64,000 nt of DNA from an uncultured archaeon (GTDB lineage: Archaea > Aenigmatarchaeota > Aenigmatarchaeia > CG10238-14 > SCSR01). Below the pieces are notes generated by a model. The model saw only the letters and a list, made by a program, of their open reading frames with translations. It had not been told where the DNA came from and did no database searches. A program made the position numbers and the translations under genes. The DNA is taken from contig CAYYVK010000001.1 of NCBI GenBank assembly GCA_964475145.1, positions 6,328 to 70,327 of the forward strand, read 5' to 3'. Positions 56,722 to 64,000 of the stretch are shown here, one piece after another; within the stretch, counting starts at the first letter, position 1, and each line of letters opens with the position of its first letter.

Positions 56722-57639
56722 ATGCTAGGTTGGATAACTTTTGTACTCTTTCTTCTTACTCTTTTGTCCGGGATTTTGAAGAAGAAAAGAGTCCACTCTT
56801 ACCTAGCTTTCTTGACACTTTTCTCTTTGTTGCTTCATACTTATTACAACCGATTCCTTTCTCAGTTATGTATTTTCATCCTGCTATTCTTCTTCCTAAC
56901 CTTTATCACAGGTTTCAGAAAGTTTAAAATTCCAAGAAGAAGGGTGTTGCATACACTCTTCGCCCTCTTGACACTTTTACTTACTCTTTTTCATATTTAC
57001 TCCTTTACCCCTCTTCAAAGAAGAGTTGAAGCTGTAAAAGGAGAGATTACACTTCCTTCTCCAAGGTATAGTAGTAATGTAAGCATTGAAGAAGCTCTTC
57101 TCAAAAGAAGATCTATCAGAGAATATCAAGATAAACCTGTTAGCTTACAGCAAGTTGCACAAATTTTATGGGCTGTTCAAGGAATAACTTCGAAGTGGGG
57201 TGGAAGAACAGCACCTTCTGCTGGAGCTACTTATCCTTTAGAAGTCTACATAGTAGTAAGAAAAGTTGAAAATCTTGAGCCAGGGGTTTATCGTTACATC
57301 CCGAGTACACATTCTTTAAGCATTATTGCAAAGGGTGAATATTCACAAAAACTTATGGAAGCTTCTCTTAACCAGAAATGGGTTGGTGATGCAAGTTTTA
57401 ATTTGGTTATAGCAGCTGATTTTTCTCGAACTACACGAGTATATGGAGAAAGGGGCATAAGATATGTTTACTTAGAAGCTGGGCATGCTGCTCAAAACGT
57501 CTACTTGCAAGTGGTTAGTTTGAACCTTGGTTGTGTTGTTGTAGGAGCTTTCAACGATAATCTTGTGAAATCTTACTTGAAACTACCTCAAAACGTCCAG
57601 CCAATATACGTTGTTCCAGTTGGAATTCCTTTGAAATAG
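56722..57639 (+). CDS. nitroreductase-family (SagB-type) dehydrogenase with N-terminal membrane anchor
   Basis: 305 aa; 3 TM helices then RRSIREYQDKPVSLQQVAQILWAVQGIT and C-terminal nitroreductase fold. Confidence 0.55.
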   Translation: MLGWITFVLFLLTLLSGILKKKRVHSYLAFLTLFSLLLHTYYNRFLSQLCIFILLFFFLTFITGFRKFKIPRRRVLHTLFALLTLLLTLFHIYSFTPLQRRVEAVKGEITLPSPRYSSNVSIEEALLKRRSIREYQDKPVSLQQVAQILWAVQGITSKWGGRTAPSAGATYPLEVYIVVRKVENLEPGVYRYIPSTHSLSIIAKGEYSQKLMEASLNQKWVGDASFNLVIAADFSRTTRVYGERGIRYVYLEAGHAAQNVYLQVVSLNLGCVVVGAFNDNLVKSYLKLPQNVQPIYVVPVGIPLK

Positions 57640-57646
57640 GGTTAAG

Positions 57647-57748
57647 TGGGGTCGACGGGATTCGAACCCGCACACCGAGGTTTCCTCATCAAATCAGAGC
57701 TCCATTCAGCTGGAGCCTCGTGTCACTACCAGGTTAGACGACGACCCC
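57647..57748 (-). tRNA. tRNA-Trp (CCA) with 28-nt intron at canonical 37/38 position
   Basis: GGGGTCG-TC-GTCT-AACCTGGTAG-TGAC-A-CGAGG-CTCCAG[CTGAATGGAGCTCTGATTTGATGAGGAA]A-CCTCG-GTGT-GCGGG-TTCGAAT-CCCGT-CGACCCC-A; intron UGGAG pairs with anticodon loop. Confidence 0.8.
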
Positions 57749-57790
57749 TTCTTAGCTTAATGTTATTATTCCTCATTTCAAATAAAAATT

Positions 57791-59866
57791 ATGGGTAAAC
57801 CTTCTCAGGAAGCAGAAAAACCAAAAATTTCTCCTGAATACATGGAATTCCTCCTTGCAGAAATCCGCGCTAGAAAGCCTAAAGGGTTCTACGAAAGGCT
57901 GTGCAAGCTTGCTGAAAAGCTGAGGTTAAATCCGCCAAAGCAGTTTGCTGAAAAGCTGAACTATGATGTTGTATACTCAGGCTTAAACGTTACTCCAACA
58001 GGCGTCTTTTCTGCATCTTTTCTGCTCTTGTTTATTTTTTCTTTTGTTTGCTTTTTCTTCTCTTTTTTGATATCTGACGTTGCATTGCTCATAATCCTGG
58101 CAGTTTTGCCGATTGTACTCTTTTGGTATGTTTTTACCTATCCTTCCTACCAAGCAGAAGTTACGAGAATACAAGCTGGCAACGAAGCTATAAAGTTAAT
58201 ACTCTACATGGCAATTTACCTTAAGTCTAACCCCAGCTTTGAGGGTGCAGTACAGTTTGCTGTACAGCATTCAAAAGGACCGATAAGCGATGATATAAGA
58301 AAAGCTTTTTGGGACCTAGAGACTGGTAAGTACAGGACAGTAGAAGAGGCTCTAGGCGTTTATTCACAGAAATGGGTTTGGTGGAACGAAGATTTCGTCC
58401 GCTCACTAAACTTGCTTTACACGATACTTGTAGAGCCGAGTGAAAAAGGAAGAGAAGAAATTCTCAAAAAAGCGTTAGACCATATACTCATAACAACTCA
58501 TAGAAAGATGAAAGCTTATGTAGAAGAAATATCCGGTCCTATATCCATTTTGCACATTCTAGGCTTGCTACTACCAGCGTTGGGAATAGTAATGTTTCCA
58601 ATGATAGCAATTTTTCTACAGAATTCTGTAAGCATTCCTCAACTCATCGTAGGCTACATTGTATTCCTGCCGATTTTAAACTTGTTCTTTGTTAACAGGT
58701 TGCTTAGAAAAAGGCCTGGTGCTTTCATGGCCCCTGATGTTTCTAAGCATCCTGACCTACCACCACCAAACTTTTTTGCTGTAAAAATAGGTAAGGTGAA
58801 GCTGATAGTGCCAGTTTTCTTGCTATCCCTACTAGTTGGTATGATAACAATGATGTACGGTGCTTACCACTTCCTCAACCTAGGCATGACTATTTCATCA
58901 CTACCGCCTGATATCGTGAAGAAGGTTGTGCTAGAAGAGGCTGGCATAAACGTGAAAAACTTCCTTGTAGTTACTTCTTTTGTAGGTGGTTTTGCGATTT
59001 TTTTCATCTTGAACTACTATCTCAGAAGTGTGCAGAGGATAAAGGTAAGGAATGAAATAAAAGAGATAGAAAGGGATTTTACTGCTTGCATGTTTTCCTT
59101 AGGCAATTTCTTCTCAGAAGGGTACCCTATAGAGTTTGGAATAGGTAAGGCTATAGACGAGTACAGGAGGCTTGGGATGGAAAAAAGACCAACCTATGGC
59201 TTTTTGGTAAGGCTTTATGAGACTATGAAGAATTTTGGTGTGAGCTTTAAGTCTGCCCTTTTTGGTGAAAGGTTTATGCTGATAAAACATTATCACTCAG
59301 TCCTGATAGAGGATACTATGAGAATACTTGCTGATGCTTCTGAAAAGGGTTCCTATTTTTTGGGAACGGTTGCAAAAACACTTTCTAACTATCTAGAAAG
59401 CATATACACGATAGAAGATAGAATAAGGGAACTTTTAGCTGAGACTAGAAGCTCGATAAAGATGCAAGCGAGCTTTGTCATTCCTATGATAAACGGAATA
59501 ATCATGGCTCTTTCAGCTTTTATAGTCAACATGCTCAGGATACTGGCAGAAATGATAGGTAAAATTCAACAGATGTTTGGAATAAGCTTGAGTAGGATGG
59601 CTGGAAAGGATTTGCTAACTATTTTAATCGGAAACTACGAGAACATGGTTCCATCCACACTCCTTCAGGCAGTGATAGGAATATATACTGTTGAAGCAAT
59701 TGCAATTTTTTCTATACTCTTGAGTGGGATAGAAAACGGTATAGATCCTGTTGCGAAGGATTGGGAAATTTCTAACAACTTGATTAAAGGCATGGCACTG
59801 TTTTTCTTGATATACTTGGTAGCACTTTTTGTTTTTGGAAACATCCTAACCAGTGTTCAACCATGA
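57791..59866 (+). CDS. large polytopic membrane protein, possible full-length FlaJ/TadC-like pilus platform protein
   Basis: 691 aa; two cytoplasmic helical domains each followed by TM clusters; precedes five pilin-like ORFs. Confidence 0.4.
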   Translation: MGKPSQEAEKPKISPEYMEFLLAEIRARKPKGFYERLCKLAEKLRLNPPKQFAEKLNYDVVYSGLNVTPTGVFSASFLLLFIFSFVCFFFSFLISDVALLIILAVLPIVLFWYVFTYPSYQAEVTRIQAGNEAIKLILYMAIYLKSNPSFEGAVQFAVQHSKGPISDDIRKAFWDLETGKYRTVEEALGVYSQKWVWWNEDFVRSLNLLYTILVEPSEKGREEILKKALDHILITTHRKMKAYVEEISGPISILHILGLLLPALGIVMFPMIAIFLQNSVSIPQLIVGYIVFLPILNLFFVNRLLRKRPGAFMAPDVSKHPDLPPPNFFAVKIGKVKLIVPVFLLSLLVGMITMMYGAYHFLNLGMTISSLPPDIVKKVVLEEAGINVKNFLVVTSFVGGFAIFFILNYYLRSVQRIKVRNEIKEIERDFTACMFSLGNFFSEGYPIEFGIGKAIDEYRRLGMEKRPTYGFLVRLYETMKNFGVSFKSALFGERFMLIKHYHSVLIEDTMRILADASEKGSYFLGTVAKTLSNYLESIYTIEDRIRELLAETRSSIKMQASFVIPMINGIIMALSAFIVNMLRILAEMIGKIQQMFGISLSRMAGKDLLTILIGNYENMVPSTLLQAVIGIYTVEAIAIFSILLSGIENGIDPVAKDWEISNNLIKGMALFFLIYLVALFVFGNILTSVQP

Positions 59867-60249
59867 GCGACGTAGGCAAGATGCTGGCACAAGTTATTTA
59901 TGTAACAGTAGCAATAGCTGCAATGATAATTTTTGTCCTTCTAGTTCAGCAGAGAAAGGTTGAGGAATGTAGTCAAGTAATCTACGGCAATGCCCTGGAA
60001 GCCTTGGGTAAACTGAGAGTCTGTGTGAACAACTGTTGGTCTAAGCATGACTTTGGAAGGAGTAGCATGAACGAAGACTGTTACGTAGTAAAATTTATTT
60101 CTTCTGGAAGCATAGACAAGGATACTGCTGAAAAAATTCTTAGCAACCCAGCAAAAGTATCTTTTCTTGTTGATGTGCAACCAAACGTAGAAACTATTTT
60201 GCGAGTTAGGTACAATTCTACTGGAATCGTACAGATAATTCCTTATTAA
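59863..60249 (+). CDS. pilin-like protein (N-terminal hydrophobic helix)
   Basis: 128 aa; MSDVGKMLAQVIYVTVAIAAMIIFVLL. Confidence 0.3.
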   Translation: MSDVGKMLAQVIYVTVAIAAMIIFVLLVQQRKVEECSQVIYGNALEALGKLRVCVNNCWSKHDFGRSSMNEDCYVVKFISSGSIDKDTAEKILSNPAKVSFLVDVQPNVETILRVRYNSTGIVQIIPY

Positions 60250-60269
60250 TTGCTTACTTAAATATTTTT

Positions 60270-60764
60270 ATGAAGGGTATTGCAATTTCTACTGTAGCTC
60301 TGTTTATAATTGCTGTTTTTGTTGTCGTAATGCTTATAATTTTCATAGGGTCGAACTTTTCCCCTGCTTTGAGGAGTGCATACTGCTCTTTGCTAATAGG
60401 GTTGAGAGGTTTCCTTCCTTTGCCAGAAAGCTTAAAGCCTGGATTGCCTACTTACTGCAAGGAAGACGTATATCCACAGACTTATTACATAGAATCCGAC
60501 CAGCCTGACAAGATAGCTTATGAGGTTGCTTCTTACATTCTGGCATGCTGGGAGGTTACTGGAAGAGTAGACTTGAAAGCGAACAGGACATGCTCAGAAG
60601 TTGTTATAAAGCGTATACAGGGAGTTGTAGACAAGAGTTTAGTTATGAGTAAACTACCTGAAAATTATCGAAACATATTTGATTGGAAAGCTGATATCAT
60701 CGATAGACCAAAATCTTTAGGTATACTGTACGAATACCCAAGCAAGAAGGTGGTGGTTGTATGA
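60270..60764 (+). CDS. pilin-like protein, class III signal peptide MKG|IAISTVALFIIAVF
   Basis: 164 aa. Confidence 0.45.
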   Translation: MKGIAISTVALFIIAVFVVVMLIIFIGSNFSPALRSAYCSLLIGLRGFLPLPESLKPGLPTYCKEDVYPQTYYIESDQPDKIAYEVASYILACWEVTGRVDLKANRTCSEVVIKRIQGVVDKSLVMSKLPENYRNIFDWKADIIDRPKSLGILYEYPSKKVVVV

Positions 60765-61156
60765 AAGGATTCATGGTACTAGAGTATCCGTTCAAGATGC
60801 TGCTCTACCTAGTTGTAATAGTAGTGGTAATCGGTATCATCCTGTTTTTCAGGAAAGAAATCATGTCTGGTTTAAACTTTTGCTGGATAGGAGGGTGCCA
60901 CCCAGAACCGTGCAAGACTGTAAGAGTAAACGAAGCTTCTATCGATACATCAGTGCTAGACAAGTACTGTAACCTCTGCTGGCAGAAGACTGGTAAAATA
61001 GGTTTGAAGGAAGATTGTTTGTGCTATGTCGTGAGCGGAAGTTTTACTCCCTTTGCTTACACATCAGAACATTGTGTGCTTAAGTGTAACTCTAACTCAC
61101 AGTTTGTCACGTTTACTTACAGCCATTTGTTTAATCAGATATTTATAGAGTGTTGA
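60761..61156 (+). CDS. pilin-like protein with G|FxxxE motif (MKG|FMVLEYPF...)
   Basis: 131 aa; 6 Cys in C-terminal domain. Confidence 0.5.
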   Translation: MKGFMVLEYPFKMLLYLVVIVVVIGIILFFRKEIMSGLNFCWIGGCHPEPCKTVRVNEASIDTSVLDKYCNLCWQKTGKIGLKEDCLCYVVSGSFTPFAYTSEHCVLKCNSNSQFVTFTYSHLFNQIFIEC

Positions 61157-61157
61157 G

Positions 61158-61595
61158 ATGGAGTTGAAGTACGTTGCTGCAGTAATAGTTGCTTTTGTAG
61201 TAATGATAGTGTTTTTTGGTTTTTATGCTGGTTTGTTCAAATTAAATGTTGGGTTTAACCAGCATGTTGACGTAAAGTATGCTTGCTCCAAATTGAATGG
61301 AACGACAATCTCAAAGATGGATTTGGAAACGATACTATATGGGTTTCTTACTGACCAGTGCAACTATTTTGAGTTTAATTTGACCGAAAGTCTGCAGATT
61401 AGTGAAATAGAAAGGATTGTACACAAGATAGACAATAAGGTAGAAGTACTACCAAAGAACGATTGCAAGCTACCTTTGACTGCTACGAACACTGTTTTTG
61501 TCTGCTGCTCTGATCCTTTAGAACAAGGAAAACGAATAAATATCTCAAAAAGACAAATTACTTATAGTGATGTGCTGATATGCCAAAAGGAATAA
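61158..61595 (+). CDS. pilin-like/hydrophobic N-terminus protein
   Basis: 145 aa; MELKYVAAVIVAFVVMIVFFGF. Confidence 0.3.
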   Translation: MELKYVAAVIVAFVVMIVFFGFYAGLFKLNVGFNQHVDVKYACSKLNGTTISKMDLETILYGFLTDQCNYFEFNLTESLQISEIERIVHKIDNKVEVLPKNDCKLPLTATNTVFVCCSDPLEQGKRINISKRQITYSDVLICQKE

Positions 61596-62440
61596 GTGCC
61601 CTAGAAATTATATTTGCTATGTTCATTCTTATAGTCGTTGCTTTTGTAGTCATTAGGCTTTTTACAGGAGTTGTAAGCCCTAGCACTTTACCGAACATAC
61701 AAGACTTCAAGGATACATACAACTACCAGCGAGAAAAGCAGAAATGTGAAAACTTGTGCAACAGGTTTATAGAAAGCAACTGTCAAGACTACAGTGCAGC
61801 AGCTTCCTATTGCTTGCAGAAAGTAGCTGTAAGCATAGACGGAAATTCTGTTACAGGAGAAAAGGGACATTATGGAATGGTTGCTAATCTACCCTATTGT
61901 GAAGATGGATTGTACTGTTTTCATGTAAGCGATTGTGTGTGCGGGAGCATTAAGCTTGATGCAAAAAATTGCTTGACCTACCTTGATACCTATTATAGGG
62001 AGGTTGCAGGTTTTGACGAGGATACGACAAAGCGGCTAATATGTTCTGACACTGGTGTGAAATATGGTTCGTGCTGTCCTCAACCAACCACGTGTAACCC
62101 AAAGCAGTGGAGCATAAAGCCGAAAGGGTTTGACGAAAGTACTTACCCAGACATAGACGCAACTCATTGGTGGGTGAACGCAGGATATAAAAGGTATTGC
62201 ACAGGTGGAGGTGGAGCACTTAGTTTAGATTGTACTGGTGGTAGTGGAACTATAACATGTAATTGGGATAATTGTGAGATTACAAGTGGAGAAGGAATAC
62301 TCACCGTGGATACTAAAACTCATATTGTTAATACCGTAAGAGGTTCATATACATTTTCAGGTTTATCTCCAGGAGTGTATAAGGCTGTACTCAGTTGTGA
62401 TAATGGTGTTGAAATTCGAGGAAACATTATAGTAGGGTAA
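61580..62440 (+). CDS. pilin-like protein with class III signal peptide (MPKG|ISALEIIFAMFILIVVAF) and Cys-rich extracellular domain
   Basis: 286 aa; >20 Cys; Gly-rich GGGGALSLDCTGGSG. Confidence 0.5.
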   Translation: MPKGISALEIIFAMFILIVVAFVVIRLFTGVVSPSTLPNIQDFKDTYNYQREKQKCENLCNRFIESNCQDYSAAASYCLQKVAVSIDGNSVTGEKGHYGMVANLPYCEDGLYCFHVSDCVCGSIKLDAKNCLTYLDTYYREVAGFDEDTTKRLICSDTGVKYGSCCPQPTTCNPKQWSIKPKGFDESTYPDIDATHWWVNAGYKRYCTGGGGALSLDCTGGSGTITCNWDNCEITSGEGILTVDTKTHIVNTVRGSYTFSGLSPGVYKAVLSCDNGVEIRGNIIVG

Positions 62441-62910
62441 TTATTAGTAGAAAAAATATTACCAACTTAAGGATGTAACTTTTCTGTAGGAGTAATACAT
62501 TTATTGGGACTAACTTGGATCTCTGTCAGTTCGTAGTCCTAAATCATTCATAGTAGACTGTTCCAGCGATTACATATTAACGCAACAAGAAGCCTTTATC
62601 AATCAAAAATATTGGGCGTCGTAGGCAAGGTGGTTGGTTTAAGTGTTATAAAGATAAGACGTACCAGTCATACGAATAACGGTAAGTCATGAAGCTATTA
62701 GGAAGAGATGAAAGAAACTAAAAATCGTTCTCTAATAACTTTCCTTATAGAGATGCTGCTATTAATGAAATGAGTGAATTCCTAAGATTGTTTGTATTCT
62801 AGTACAACTGCATAATAGCATACGAGTTTAAGTAAAACATCTATGAAATTAGAAGAGTGTTAAGTTGATAGTATGAAAAGTTTAAATCGTTAGAAAGCTA
62901 AAATATTAAT

Positions 62911-64000
62911 ATGTTAAAAAGGATGTTTTTAGTATTTCCTGTTTTCATGCTTTTGTTAATTTCTGTAGTTAAGGCAGGTTGTATAGAGTCTATAGGATAT
63001 CCTCCAGCTTATCCAGGTATCGATCCTTGGTGCTCTTTACCTGGTAATGTGTGTCAACAAGGAGATGGTATATTTGGTACGCTTAAAACCACTGGTTGCC
63101 CCTCAACACCGAGTGTTCAAATCGAAATAAAAGGAGATGGTTGCTCTATAACAGATACCTTTTCTGCAGGCAGGTACTACTGCAGTGGGCCTGGCTGTTG
63201 GTACGAATATCTATGGTACATCCCACAACTGCCTTCCGGCTGCCTTGGAAAAATAGTTACTGTTACTGTTACATCAGAAGGTGTGTCGGCATCAAAAACT
63301 ATAAAGCTTTCTACAGATTCTACTAGAGACAATCCTCCGACAATGCCTAAGCCAGGAGAGTGGTCAGTATCACCTATATATTCAACGGATAAAGTGTCGT
63401 ATACTGCTTATGCTGAAGATGATAAAGGATTGAAAGAAATAAAAATTTTAGCTATGATCAACGGTCAACCATGGACTGTAGTTAAAGTGTGTTCCGTCTC
63501 TGGAACTTCTGCCTCCTGCACGTATACAGGAGGGCCTTATCCTGCTGACACTGAAGTTTGCTTCAAGGGTGCTGCAACTGATACAAGAGGTCAAGAAGCA
63601 AGTAGCACAGATGTTGGTGCGAGAGCAGAGTGTCAGCGTGTCCTTAGCCCGCCACATGACACAGATAACGGTAAAAATTATACGACAAAAGGTGTATGCA
63701 TAGATACAAGAACATGGGAAGACTTCTGCCCGTGGGAAGGGCCTAGAGGATATTGTTGTGGTATTTTGCCAGGGTATTACTGGCATGTTATAAACTTGTC
63801 AACGGACGGAACAGTTACTTGCTGCAGAACAAGCTCACCAAAACCCGTTGGAGGCTGTTTGGAAACAAGGATAATAAACTGTAAAAATGTTTTGGGAGAA
63901 TATTACCCAAGTGCTAGAGAGTGTAGCTTAGAACTATATGATTGCTCGAAAGAGGGAAAGACTTGCTTTAACGGAGCTTGTGTTTCTGGAATACCGACAA
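62911..64000 (+). CDS. secreted Cys-rich protein, 3' end beyond window
   Basis: ATG at 62911, open to window end (>360 aa); signal peptide MLKRMFLVFPVFMLLLISVVKAG; many Cys; not in ORF track because no stop. Confidence 0.5.
   Translation, partial: MLKRMFLVFPVFMLLLISVVKAGCIESIGYPPAYPGIDPWCSLPGNVCQQGDGIFGTLKTTGCPSTPSVQIEIKGDGCSITDTFSAGRYYCSGPGCWYEYLWYIPQLPSGCLGKIVTVTVTSEGVSASKTIKLSTDSTRDNPPTMPKPGEWSVSPIYSTDKVSYTAYAEDDKGLKEIKILAMINGQPWTVVKVCSVSGTSASCTYTGGPYPADTEVCFKGAATDTRGQEASSTDVGARAECQRVLSPPHDTDNGKNYTTKGVCIDTRTWEDFCPWEGPRGYCCGILPGYYWHVINLSTDGTVTCCRTSSPKPVGGCLETRIINCKNVLGEYYPSARECSLELYDCSKEGKTCFNGACVSGIPT

Noticed and set aside
63096-63786. ORFs 63096..63326 (+) and 63448..63786 (-)
   Set aside because: They lie inside the longer open frame starting at 62911 that encodes a signal-peptide Cys-rich protein; they are out-of-frame or antisense artefacts.
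1-64000. CRISPR arrays or rRNA genes
   Set aside because: No direct-repeat/spacer periodicity and no 16S/23S/5S-like conserved stretches were seen on either strand.

Overview
Compact, AT-rich archaeal chromosome segment with Lys/Glu-rich proteins, Shine-Dalgarno sites, 4-nt ATGA stop/start overlaps, thermosome, class I LysRS, Orc1/Cdc6, eS4/eL15/Rpp29/aSUI1. The nearest resemblance is a thermophile or DPANN-like genome, but no organism can be assigned from the sequence.

Main content, in order:
- A partial ribosomal-protein cluster (L3-L4-L23 ... L2-S19-L22-S3-L29-SUI1-Rpp29-S17-L14-L24-S4e-L5-S14). It is interrupted between L23 and L2 by a family-4 UDG, a TFB core-only paralog and a P-loop ATPase, and is followed directly by a prepilin peptidase.
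- Housekeeping genes: SerRS, GAPDH, NAD(P)HX dehydratase, cob(I)alamin adenosyltransferase, ribosomal S2/L15e, prefoldin-alpha, FtsY, Alba, TrmB.
- An adenosylcobalamin-type class II RNR carrying a 442-aa LAGLIDADG intein at the GGG/TGFSFS site.
- Two type IV pilus-like loci. Locus 1 (minus strand, 24.3-31.3 kb) has a FlaI/TadA-like ATPase, two TadB/TadC-like platform proteins and four class III signal-peptide pilin-like proteins. Locus 2 (plus strand, 57.8 kb to the window end) has a platform-like protein, five pilin-like ORFs and a Cys-rich secreted protein.
- A YfhO-like GT-C membrane protein, a GT2 and a PEF-CTERM-like surface glycoprotein.
- The complete AMP-salvage / pentose-bisphosphate trio: AMP phosphorylase, type III RuBisCO and R15P isomerase.
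- A pcm gene split by an in-frame TAA.
- Four tRNAs. Three carry introns or insertions: initiator tRNA-Met with two insertions at non-canonical positions, tRNA-Trp with a 28-nt canonical intron bearing C/D-box-like motifs, and a 97-nt tRNA whose anticodon could not be resolved. tRNA-Val has no intron.

No CRISPR array and no rRNA were seen. All functional calls rest on motif and domain recognition by eye plus gene order; no searches were run.
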